A stretch of 64,000 nt of DNA from assembly GCF_009914755.1 (NCBI RefSeq), contig NC_060935.1; one strand, 5' to 3'. The notes beneath the pieces were generated by a model, which was not told the origin of the DNA, made no database searches, and saw nothing but the letters and a program-made list of their open reading frames with translations. This DNA is from the human T2T-CHM13v2.0 reference genome, Homo sapiens. Shown here piece after piece: positions 27,522 to 39,692 of the stretch. Every line of letters begins with the position of its first letter. Position 1 is the first letter of the stretch. A program made the position numbers and the translations under genes.

Positions 27522-27859
27522 CAGTAGTCCCCCCCTTATCTGTAGTTTTACTTTCTATGGTTTCAGTTACCCTGGGCCAATGGGGGTCTAAAAATTGATG
27601 AGTACAGTACTCATCAATTGATGAGTACCCCATCAGGTGATGGAGAGACCACATTCACATAACTTTTATTACAGCATATTGATATAATTGTTTTATTGTT
27701 GTTGTTAATCTCTTATTGTGCCTAATTTATAAGTTAAGCTTTATCATAGGTATGTATGTATAGGGAAAATAGTCTGTATAGGGTTCAATACTATCCTCAG
27801 AATCAGACATCCACTGGGGATCTTGGAATACATCCCCTGAGAATAAAGGGGGACAACTA
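27522..27859 (+). mobile_element. MER44A (TcMar-Tigger MITE), full length
   Basis: TIRs cagtagtcccccccttatc / gaataaagggggacaacta; TA TSDs; internal gagagaccacattcacataacttttattacag. Confidence 0.92.
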
Positions 27860-28304
27860 TATGCCACCAGAATATCACCACAAACATTTATCAGTGTTTT
27901 GAACAGTAAATACACATTCGAGTAGTCTATAACATCACATACAAAGGGGCTCAGTGTAATAGGAAATATACACACTGAACATAAAAACTAAATGTGTTCT
28001 TAACAGAAGACTGGCCCCAAACCAATGTCAGCCCTTTAGAAATATGCATTTCATTAACTGTTTTTTGCTTACCTTCTGAAAATTAATATTTTTGGCACAT
28101 ATATTTTAAGACATAGCCCTTGGAAATCTGAACTTATATCTTTCTCTTGATAAATTTCCAACAAGTAGTCATTAGAAATCACTCCAAGTCCTTAAAGATG
28201 AGCTTTTCAAAAATACTTGCATTTCCCTATTTTGTCACAAGATGGCAATCTCATGCACTGGTAAACCATAAAAATTCATAGGAAAATTTAATTTTACCAC
28301 GTCA

Positions 28305-29550
28305 GGGGTGTGGTTCTCAAAGTTCATAATGTCAGGATCACTTTAAACTCTTAAAAATAAAACTGATAATATTTTTTAAAGAATCTTATGAATCCACTTA
28401 ATAAACCCATCGCGTGTTAACACAAAGGACATGTTTTTGTGAAAATAACTACATTTTCCACAGCAAAAAAATTAGAAAAGAATTTTGCAAATCTAAAGTT
28501 TGGCTTAATAGAGAACAATTGGCTTTTCACATTTGCTTCTTCATTCAATCTGTTGTGATCCATTGTTTATGTTGAAGTATATGGGAAATAAAATAGCCTC
28601 ATGTATATATATAGTTGTAAAAGGAAAAGTATTTTAATAGTCTTTTCAGATAATTATGGTTTTATTCTCCTTTGATACTATACCAAAACTCAACAAGTGG
28701 TGGCTTCTTCATGGTTAAATTGGATTGTGGAATCTGAAACCACATCAAAGAACTTCTCATACTCTGTCACATTAAAATTCATTAGTCAATCCTGCACTTT
28801 GAATGGATCTTTTAGCCACTCATGATGTTTTAAAATCATGCACTGGTCATTTGGAAAATATTAGTTCACTGAGTTATGCAGCACTCTTCCAAATGGTGAC
28901 ACATTTCATTATTCAGTATCAAAAAAGTCACATTCATTAGTATCACCACCAATATCATAAGAAAAGTCAATGGTTCATTAGGAAGCTGTCAAGTTCACAG
29001 AGGAAGATGCAAGTTTTAAAAAATTCACATTTCCACTTGAAATCTTTAATTTTATCACTGACAACAATGTCCATTGTTTCTCTTAAAATGACAGGCTCAC
29101 TGCTTTCCAGAAAATGTCTGCCAAATACGCGTCTGAATAACTATAGTTTAACTCAATCTCCCCAGTCTTCTTCCTTGAGACAAGTATGTAGCAAAAATGC
29201 TTTATTTGTAATTCTCCTTCACACAAACTATTTTTAAAAACATGTAACTCAAGGTCAAGCTTTCATAAAATTAATAATTTTTACTGCTTCATCAGGGATA
29301 TTCTTTTTTACTGTATGTGGAGGTGAAGAATACAATGACTTCTAGGACAGTTTAGTGCCACTAACTCGATTCAGGCTAAGGCTCCCACAACTTTCCCCAC
29401 CATTGCTTTTGCACCATCAGAGCAAATGTCAACACACCCAAAAAAGGCAATTACGTCTTAGTATTATGAGAACAGTTTTCATCTCATCGATCCCTCAAAA
29501 GGAATTTGGGAGCCTCCAAGGATCCATGGACTGCACTTTGCGAAACATGC
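28305..29550 (-). mobile_element. Charlie1a-type hAT DNA transposon relic
   Basis: Long match to Charlie1 internal sequence (ttttaatagtcttttcagataattatgg, ggaagctgtcaagttcac, aaaatgtctgccaaatac); tggttctcaaagt near the left end. Confidence 0.85.
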
Positions 29551-30039
29551 TTCAGAGGTTATAAAAGACTTTCAATTTATGTCAGCATTTAAAAATAAAA
29601 CCGAGTGCCACATTTGCAGAAAAAGAACAAGTGGGAACTCCTAATACAGTAAAACCTCTATTACTAAAACACTTGGTTAATGAGTACCCTTATTTAATTT
29701 TCTGATTAACTCTTCAATTATACCTACTCTTGGTTTCTACCCTTTCTGAAAAAAATTTAATTAATCAGAACCAAAATAAGTCAGGAAACACTAGATTTAA
29801 GTTCTTTCCTGATGTGTTTGTTCACAATTTAATCCTTTTAAAAGGATTACTAGATTTCACAGCCAGAATTAGAAGCACTGTCATTTCACAGTAGTAAGGT
29901 TAAAAATAAGTATGAGTGTTTTTCCAACTTTTTCTTAAAGAAGTGGAACATTAGTTAACATTTTACATGGCATCTCAAGATGAAAAAAAATTAAATTGAA
30001 CTTATTCTGTCTGGTTGAAACATACTCTGTTGCTGTTAT

Positions 30040-30300
30040 TATTAGTAACCGTTAAGTAAGTACTGACTATATATTTGAATTTGTAAGAACTTTACATAAA
30101 TTACCCATTTCATTCAATCCTTACACATTTCAAAGAGGCCATCTTCAAATTAACCTTATCACCATTTTACAGATGAGGAAATTGAGGTACAGAGAATTAA
30201 TTAATTAATGTTTCCACTAATACAACTAGTAAGTAGCTAAACTGAGTTTAAAACCAAGTCTGTCTAAGCTTGGCTGAGTCCAAAGATGAAATTCTTAATT
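30040..30300 (-). mobile_element. MIR
   Basis: ccattttacagatgaggaaattgaggtacagaga. Confidence 0.85.
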
Positions 30301-31299
30301 CCCGGCTCTTTCAGGGTTTTTCAGGGCCAGCAGCTCTGATATGCTTCTGCAACTAGGTCCTTGATGTTCTCCAGTTCCTTAGCTTCTGACTGAGATTTAG
30401 CTGGCATTATCAGTGCTTAATACATGGGCTAATTTGATAGGTTGTAGACATTAGGTGTTGCAGGTAACAGAATTTCTTTCTTTCCACATAATTGTCTGTC
30501 TTCCAAACTTACCAACTTGCTATCCTATTAGTTCTCAACAGCACCTCTCTTTTCCAGAGAAACCAACTTGCTCATGGTTTCTCTTAATGCACCACAGACA
30601 TTCTTCCTCCACCATTCGACCTGCACCCCTCCTTTCTGTGTATTGAGATCCTGCCTTCTATATTTCTATTTCTGCCCCAAGACTTAGGGCAGGCATTCTG
30701 TTTCCTTACTCTAACCTCCCTTGGCTCTTTACTAATGTTTTTTCTTAATGCTGTTTAACGTTTGATATGCATTTGTTATGTCTTCCCAACTAAGTTATAC
30801 ATATATTTTTTTCTTTTTTGCCCTCTTTGTATTCCCCATGACTTCTATCACAATACTATAAATAAACTAGAGGGCCACAGATGTGGTTAAATTAATACAC
30901 CATGGAGTAGTGATAATAATGCTGTTGTGATAATGGTTTATTAAAAATCCATTTCTCAGGAAACTTTTAATAGATAAAAATGTTATGAGAGGGTCATACT
31001 GATACGTCTAGTAATAAATCACCTTAGGGATGACCAGAGAAAAACAATTACCATTACTGAACTGAGGTTGAATTTTGACTCCGGCTTTTAAGAGATTGGT
31101 TGGAAATAACCTAAGCTCAAAGCTGGTAGCATACTGGTTGGCCCTAAGTGGGTATCTCGGGTTGTAAAATACTGGTCAGGAAGACTGGCTCTTCTCAGAT
31201 GAAGCGAGTAGATGAATTGAGAGAAAGTTCACACTTCTACAAATGTTAGCAGGAGGAAAAGGAGAAAGAGGAGGAGGAGGAGAACATCATTACCACCAT

Positions 31300-31510
31300 C
31301 ATAACAGCTAACACATGTACGGTGTTACTATATGCTAGAAACGATTCTAAGTACTTCGCATATGTTAACTCATTTAATATTCACAAAAACCCTAAGAGGT
31401 AGAAACCATTGTTAAATATCTTTTATAGACAAGAAAATTAAGTCGCAAAAAATTCAAATAATTTGCCTAAGGTTACTTACACAGCTAGTAAGTAATAGAG
31501 CCAGGATGCA
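31300..31510 (-). mobile_element. MIR
   Basis: aacagctaacacatg...aactcatttaat...acagctagtaagtaatagagccagga. Confidence 0.8.
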
Positions 31511-32015
31511 ATAAACTCATTTAAACTGTTTAAATATTTGCCTAATACTAAATTACCTAGTGTTCATGTCTCAAATTTTAGAGAAACTACCATTTGGAGA
31601 AAGACTTAAAGAACTAATATCTAAGGTACACACCAGTGTACTCTATTTTACCTTGAATTTACTGTCTTTTAAAAATAGATTATAAATCCTTGAACCCAAC
31701 ATGTTTTCAAGTATCATAATCACTTCAGCCTTTGGAAGGCCCCCACTGACCAACGGCAGATGCTCACACGTAGGAAGCACACTGTGTCTCCGCCTGCATA
31801 ACTGGTTATAGCATCCCTACTGTGGTGTGTGCTATGGCTCAACTCTCCTTCAGTATTGGGCAATTACATCTCACACTGCTTTGTCTCCAAATATTCAAAT
31901 TTCTTAATCCTTCCTGGCATAAAAGTGATAAGAAGAGGGGAGGAGACTGCAAGTGCTATATGCTTTGTAAGATCCTGTACTTTCTATTTTAAAGAGGTCT
32001 GTTCCACCTTCTTTT

Positions 32016-32618
32016 ATTTTTTTTATTTTTTTTTTTTTTAATTTTTTTTTTTTTTTATTATACTCTAAGTTTTAGGGTACATGTGCACATTGTGCAGGTT
32101 AGTTACATATGTATACATGTGCCATGCCGGTGCGCTGCACCCACTAACGTGTCATCTAGCATTAGGTATATCTCCCAATGCTATCCCTCCCCCCTCCCCC
32201 GACCCCACCACAGTCCCCAGAGTGTGATATTCCCCTTCCTGTGTCCAAGTGATCTCATTGTTCAATTCCCACCTATGAGTGAGAATATGCGGTGTTTGGT
32301 TTTTTGTTCTTGCGATAGTTTACTGAGAATGATGGTTTCCAATTTCATCCATGTCCCAAGTCAGTGTGGCGATTCCTCAGGGATCTAGAACTAGAAATAC
32401 CATTTGACCCAGCCATCCCATTACTGGGTATATACCCAAAGGACTATAAATCATGCTGCTATAAAGACACATGCACACGTATGTTTATTGCAGCACTATT
32501 CACAATAGCAAAGACTTGAAACCAACCCAAATGTCCAACAATGATAGACTGGATTAAGAAAATGTGGCACATATACACCATGGAATACTATGCAGCCATA
32601 AAAAATGATGAGTTCATG
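32016..32618 (-). mobile_element. L1HS pre-Ta, 5'-truncated with 5' inversion (twin priming)
   Basis: Minus segment 32016-32357 has GATGAC-ACG-TTAG and AAACTTAGAGTATAAT (pre-Ta ACG/G); inverted segment 32358-32618 encodes the ORF2 C-terminus; TSD TCCACCTTCTTTT at 32003-32015 and 32619-32631; TT/AAAA endonuclease site. Confidence 0.95.
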
Positions 32619-33770
32619 TCCACCTTCTTTTAAATAACCATCTAAACATGGTGTAATTAAAAAAATCAAACAAATGTAATCATAACTTCATGGAGCTTTT
32701 CTCATACCTGCTTCATAGAGGCCACCCCTACCTTCTGCCTCTTCACTAATTTTACTTATGCAGAGTTTAGTTTTCATTTTTAACATGTATCCAATTATTT
32801 CATCATGTATAGTCATACAAGCAGCTATCTAATATCAAAGTATAGAAAATGAAAAAAAGAATATTAGATCCAAAGTTTAATTACAAATTGGGCAACTTTC
32901 AGCAAGTCTCTTCACCACCAATTAAGAGAGTGTATTTCCTTTTAATTTATAGCACAGAATAAGTAAATCCAAGCTTTGACCAGAGAGCTCGGACACAAAC
33001 CCTCTTCAATTCACTACCTCTCATGCCCAACTGAGATTCATAGTATTTTAGTATAAAAGAGGTAGAAAAAAAAAAGTATTCATCCCTCCACGTATTCTAA
33101 GTTATTCTTTTGTTTCCAATAAGATCACTAAAGTACCTCAGATCAGATTTCAAATCAGCCTACTCATCAGGTCCACTCTACCATGCCAGACCAGGCATCC
33201 AAGTTATAAAGATGAGATTCCAAATTACCCAGCTGCCATAAAGCTCGCGTTCCCGTGTGAATCCTGAACTCTGGCTGACGACATCTGGAGTCCACTGCAA
33301 TCATGTGTTCCCTCAATGACTGAAAAACCTGAGCATAATGACTACCTAAGATTCATATCTGTACATACCCAAAATGTTTATTAAATAGAAATAAAGATAA
33401 AATAATGTGTAGGTTTATGGCTGTATTTTTGCTTTTATGGCATTTGGGTCACTTCTATGATTATCTCTGTTCCATCTTTGATCACAAATGCAAGCTCTAT
33501 TGTTCCTTTAAGGAAATACAAAATCTTTCATGACAATCTCTTTTAGGATGTGTCTTTCTAGGAACACTCTGAAAAATAACTAGAATTGGCAATGCTAAGA
33601 GTTTTTAATGATGAAGCTTACTCAGTTGCTGAAATGTATTAAGTGTTTTGGGGTGGGGTTGTGGAAAGAAAAAAAAAAAAAAAAGCCAGGTCATAATATA
33701 CGCCATATAATGGGGATCTATTTAAAATCAAATTTCCCCTGGTCTCAGAATGGAGTCACACAACATAATA

Positions 33771-33776
<6 letters not shown>

Positions 33777-33811
<35 letters not shown>
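33777..33811. repeat. (AT)n microsatellite at the Alu tail
   Basis: Seen directly. Confidence 0.95.
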
Positions 33812-33829
<18 letters not shown>

Positions 33830-34108
33830 TTTGAGACAGAGTCTCACTCTGTCGCCCAGGCTGCAGTGTAGTGGCGCAACTTTGGCTCACTGCAACCTCT
33901 GCCTCCCGGGTTCAAGACATTCTGGTGCCTCAACCTCCCCAGTAACTGGGATTACAAGCATGTGCCATCACCCCCAGCTAATTTTTGTATTTTTAGTAGA
34001 GACGGGGGTTTCTCAATGTTGGCCAGGCTGGTCTCAAACTCCTGACCTCAGGTGATCCCAGCCTCCCAAAGTGCTGGGATTACAGGCATGAGCCCACTGT
34101 GACCAGCC
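33812..34108 (-). mobile_element. AluS (Sx/Sz-like)
   Basis: Full dimer with cctgacctcaggtgatcc; TSD-like aacataa(t/a)aaa on both sides. Confidence 0.93.
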
Positions 34109-36279
34109 AGAACATAAAAAACTGTCAATACATGCAAATGGAAGAAAATGTTGTTATAAAGTCTCTAAAATGTAATATATTTCAAAAAGAATGAGTTCCC
34201 AGGCCTACTTAAGAACTGATGACATCGTCGCATTCTAAAAAATTAAATTCATACTAGCTCAAATAGAAAATGTTCTAAGTTACCAACTCTCAGACTGATG
34301 GTAAAATCTGCATATTCTGAACTACTTTTTAAGACTTGCATCCTCCTAGGTCATTATCAGTTTATTCACTTAACAAATATTTCTTGAGTATATTTCTGTT
34401 GCCGGCACTAAGTATTATTTCAGTGACTAGGATAAGCTTATATTCTGATCAATTTAGGTGGCCTCCTCATGAGCTACAATGAAGCAAAAATAAATAAAAC
34501 TCAGTAAACAATTAGTAATGACAACTACCTTTAATTAATAAGATTTGAAAGCTTTAAATAGGATATTTATTCTACCTGCAGAAATGTTAAAGTTAAGTAG
34601 AATATAAAATAAACCACAAGATAACCTCTATATAAACACTGTTCTCCATCAAGGAATGTGAGAACTAGAAAATTCTTTGTTTTGCAATTTTCAGTTTCAG
34701 TAAGATAACAAAGTTTACAAAGAAGCACTGTGTTTTTGCTCAGGAGATAAAACATTAATCTAACTGTTGACCTAGAAATAACATACAAAATTATAAATTT
34801 GTCACATGAAAGCTTTAGGGAAACAAGCAAACTAAGCAGCTCACAGCATTGGTTCGTGGTGGATTTGGGAAGACCATGTATTTACCGGTGTGTGACAGAG
34901 AATAATATAAAGATCCTTTTTTCATCTGTTTTTGAACAGAAAATAAATAGCAGAACTTCCCCTTAACCTTCTGGAGTTCAAGTCTAACACATGCTGAAAT
35001 AACTGTCAACTCTTATATATGTAACTTAAGTCCCATAGCAATGCAAAATTACCAATACAAACTTAGTGAATTGGGTTGGTTGCACATTATTATACAAACT
35101 GGATCAGAATACAATTTACTTCTTGCTTATCAACATAAATGCTTTAACATCTAATCCAATGTCTTAGGCTAAAATTCTATAAATTCATAAAAAATGCATA
35201 CCCAATATATAAGATCTCCAGTTATATCCATCTACAAACAAAAATAAATTATGCCAGCCATTTGTCCTGTCACTGAAAAATAAGTAACAACTGGAAAGGC
35301 TTTAACTTACCTTAAAAATTGCGACTACATTAAAACACATATACTTGTAAAGCCTTGCCATCAGATCATACCAACAGATTAACTTTTCTTCAGATAAATC
35401 AGATTAAAGTAATCATGGAGAACCTAGAAACTGAATTCCAATTTGACCAACTCAAGAGTTGTATGTGTACTCTGGCCTGAATCTGTCTTAAGTAATACAC
35501 GATGTAGTATCATGTTTCTGAGAGAAACTAGGAAATCCAAACATTGCCTGTGTCCTGAAGGAGATGGAAGGAAGATAAAGAGATTCTACATGGAGGAACA
35601 GAGTGAGTGGAGAGAAGATAAGCTCCTTACCGGTCTCTAAGTCTCCAAAGTCAAGGGCTAGTATATGCACTTAAACCCTAAGGCCCCAGTGACAGAAATG
35701 GCCATATGACAAACCTTGCTATGCCAAGGATATGCTTCACTATCTTCATCTATCAAAACACTATGCATCATAGATATCTAATTTTTTCATCTCTTGCATG
35801 AAGTCTTTCCTGATTTCCCTCTGCTGAAATTTCTCTCTTCAAATGATGTGTTTCCATAGTACTTTGTCCCTTTTCAAAGATATATCTCACATTGCATATT
35901 TTACCACAGTTAGTTTCATTTCTTAACTCTCACACTAGATTACAAAGTCAATATAGACAAAGAAATGTTCAACCTTATATAACCTCCTCTGCCTATGCTG
36001 GTAAATTGCACCTACTATGTGTTCAATAAGAGCTTGTCTTTTTCAATATACAAAACTTTGTAAAGATTAAAGACCTTGTAGAAAGTCAAGAGGAAGATAG
36101 CAATTTCACTTCTAAGAACTTACCCTAAGGAAACATTCATGAAGAGATACAAGGGGTTATGTGCATGGATGTTCATTATCATATTATTCTTCATTATGAA
36201 GATTATGATGGTAATAATGAAAATGATTATCTTGTATTGTGTCCTTATTTGAAGTCAAGCATTGAGAATGTACTTTATC

Positions 36280-36640
36280 TGCATTATCTCACTGAGTTCT
36301 CGTAGCAGCCCTATAAGGTACAGACTGTTATCTAAGCTTAGAAAAATTAAGTTAATTGTCCAAGGTCAAACAACTAGTAAAAGATGGAGTTAGAATTTGA
36401 ATCCAAAAGGTCAACTCTCAAGGCTATGATCTTACATATATAGAGCTTGCCATGTGCCAAAGACTGTTCTAAGTACTTTACATATCCACCCTCATTTAAC
36501 CTTCACAGTAACCCAATGGGGTAAGCACCATTATCATCCTCATTTTACAAATAAGAGAACTGGAACACAAAGGTAAGAAGTTTATCAAAGATCTCATAGG
36601 TAAGAAATGGAAGAGCTCAGATTTAAACCTAGACAGTCTG
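36280..36640 (-). mobile_element. Two adjacent MIR fragments
   Basis: caaggtcaaacaactagtaaaagatggagttagaatttgaatcc; catcctcattttacaaataagagaactgg. Confidence 0.75.
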
Positions 36641-37229
36641 GTTAACTTATACAGTCTCTTCCCATTTATAAGAGCAAATGACTAGCACTGACCTAAATAT
36701 TCAGAGACTGGTTTAAATACATTTATGAATATATAAATGAATCAGCACAATAAAAAGGCAAAAAGCTGGGGACTATCAATATCTGCATTTCTCAAAATTA
36801 TTCTATCAGATTATACACATCATTTATCCTTTATTTCTATAAATAATGTTCAAATCTGTATCATACAGATTGTAAAAAAAAAAAAAAAAAATAGCATCGA
36901 ATACAGAAAAAGCACTTAGAATGAAAATCACAAGACCTGAGTCTCAGGCCCAACCATGCTACCTATTATCTCTGTGATATTGGGCAAAACTTTAACCCTT
37001 CTGAGTTATTTTTCTTCTCTAATAGGAGTTACGATTGAGTTTCTTCTTAGTGTCAATATTCTATATAATCTCAAAATAGCAGACAAGAGACCTGTTGCTC
37101 AAGTCAGTACTAAAATTTGGTAATTAATAAACAAGGTAATATTTAAGAGTTTAAATAGAGTATCGTGGAGCTTTGTTAAAATTTAAAAGTTGTAGACAGA
37201 GAACCCCAAACACTCACCTACTTCCAAAT

Positions 37230-38130
37230 GCTTACTATGCTCAATTCACTTCTTGGTCTCCTTACAATGTGACTCAAGATGTAAAAATGTTCACAATCAG
37301 TTCAGCATTGATATGGACACATGAATTCAAGTTGACCTCTACTAATTTACCCCCAGCCCTCTCTGGTTTCCCACCCTCAATCCAAATTGCAAGAGTAAAA
37401 TCACCTATCCATTCTATACAAATCACCTCCAATCCAAATCTCTGGTACTAATCGCAGTCCCAAACTTCAATGTCATATCTTTGTTTGCTGGATATTTCTC
37501 CTTTAACTATCATTTCTCTAAGTCCGGTCCGCCAGGCTTAAATATCAGTAGTCTTTTACACCCTCCATAATTTACTGATTCTTAGTACTTCTCCCATTAC
37601 ATTGTGGATTATATCTACCAGAAGCAACATCTGCACAGAAAAGGTGTCCCCCTTCTCCATTGTTTCAACCATGGCAGACACCACTAACTGTTCATAGAAC
37701 TCCTCCCCTACCTCACCCTCCACTGAGGCCAGACAAAACTTTACAAAATCCTTCCTATAGTAGTGTACTCCAGGGAGCCACTGCCATTGACTGGAGTCAG
37801 GGTGTGAGATGAGGCCCATCCCTCATCCTGATCTATATATTTTTGCCACGACTACTCCTGACACTCTAATACAAACCATTTCTCATACCCTGACTAGATT
37901 ACTACAACAACCCTCTCTAATACAAGTCTTTGATACTCAGACTCTTTGATACAAGTCTCCATTCAGTCCATCCTTCACATGGTCTCTCTCCTGCTCAGTC
38001 ATCCTCAATGTTTCCCCATTACGTGTCTACAGATAAAATAAAAATATATTCCCCTTTGTCAGGTTTCAAGGTACTCTACAATTTGGCTTGAATCTTCCTT
38101 TCCAAGCCCATCTCTCACAATTCTCCAGCA
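37230..38130 (+). mobile_element. L2 fragments, interrupted by an unidentified ~180-bp insert at ~37671-37850
   Basis: ctggatatttctc...; tctcataccctgactagattactacaacaaccctct...ccattcagtccatccttcaca. Confidence 0.6.
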
Positions 38131-39373
38131 TCCCAGGTTTTCATGCATTCTTCAGTGTTAAAACTCTCTCATCAAACAAAGTCTTCGGCAGAATCCCAAT
38201 AAACTAAACTGACAAAAAGCACCATCTGGGCTGCAACAGGCCTAGGCTGTCTAGGGACAGCAAACAATTTGGTCCCCTTTGTCCCACAGCAGGGGCTGAG
38301 GCTCTTCTGCACGACCACAAAAGACTGCCACCACGCTGACCAAAGAACATGAGGAGAAGCTAAATTAGACTCTTAACCAGCACTGGTTTATAAGCACTTC
38401 TGAGACTACAAAATAAACCAAGGGCAGAACTAATCAAAAGAGCCCAAACATTTAAAACCAGAGTACAGCAATACACACAGATGTACCCCTCCTCATACAT
38501 AAATTTAACATGATTTTCCTCTGCTCTGAAAATGTCAGTGCTCAGCAAGGGACAGGACAAGGTTAAGAGAATCTGACAGAAAGAATTGGATGGGGTTGAA
38601 AGCTGAAGTCCTGTAAGTTTATCTACACAAGCAGCACAAGTTCTCCTGGCATATTCCCAACTCAGCCCATTGCCCTCCAGCTGCATAATAGCAATAATTT
38701 TTTTAAACACCCTCATTCTGTCCTACCACATCTCATAATGTGTAAAACTCAGCTGGATAGTGTGTAGGATTTTGTCAAGCTGTCTTTAATCTTTAGCTTT
38801 ACCCACTCCCAACAACTGAGCTGGCAAGTACTTAAGTTGCTGATGTTTACATCCTGTTTGTTTTATTATTTGTTTTCTGAGAAGCACTTTGGGTTGATAG
38901 AGGCCAGTGGCTAGGGGGACATTTGTCACAGCCTCACTGTGCTGCTCCATACCCTTCCAAGGACCCTCTTGCTCTACCTCCCAGATGCTCAAGCATTTCT
39001 TCACTCAAAATTATGTTTGTGTTTCAACTTGATTTTTTTTAACTCTAAATTTAAAAGGAAAATGTACATGCATCTAAGCAATTATCTGAAAATAAAGTGA
39101 AGTCTTCATTAGGTTTCCAGGATGTCTTTTCTTTGTATCCTCATTATGCCTACCAATTCAGTACATTATCTGTTGATCATCTCTACTGAAACCAGACAGC
39201 CTCTGATGGGCTCTTCTGCTCACGTGAATCATATTACCTTAAGAAGTTCCTTTTTCCAGAGACCTTCGGTTTGCAAGCTGGACAGAGAGCAAAGTGGGGT
39301 GCAGCCACCTCTCAAATATCCACATGTGGTTCAGCATTATCCCTGACAGCCTTTTAATCCCAAATTGACTTAC

Positions 39374-39426
39374 CTTGCCACCCACTGCATGGCTTGGCTT
39401 GTATTCAAAAGATACGTGCTTAAGGA
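39374..39426 (-). other. Candidate 53-nt cryptic or cassette exon
   Basis: ttctgactttgacattcacttgcag|TCCTTAAG...GGCAAG|gtaagt. No transcript evidence. Confidence 0.3.
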
Positions 39427-39542
39427 CTGCAAGTGAATGTCAAAGTCAGAATAAGCAAAACAGAATTGGATTAACCTACTGGGGTAAAATTTCATAAAAC
39501 ATTACAAAATCAACTCTAAATAACTTCAGGAAGCCATTGTGG

Positions 39543-39692
39543 GTTTTTGGTTTTTGTTTGTTGTTTCTATAGAGATGGGGTCTTGCTATGTTCCCCGGGC
39601 TGATCTTGAATTCCTGGCCTTAAGCTATCCTCCCCACCTCAGCCTCTCAAAGTGCTGGGAATACAGGCTTGAGCCACCACACACACCTGGCC
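39543..39692 (-). mobile_element. FLAM (free left Alu monomer)
   Basis: Single monomer agagatggggtcttgctatgtt...gagccaccac...ctggcc. Confidence 0.88.

Noticed and set aside
32083-32388. 101-aa ORF
   Set aside because: Antisense reading of the L1HS 3' end across the inversion junction.
35311-35423. 113-nt minus-strand exon-like segment with an AAG|GTAAGT donor
   Set aside because: Weak polypyrimidine tract, a competing AG just upstream and stops in all frames; a typical pseudo-exon.
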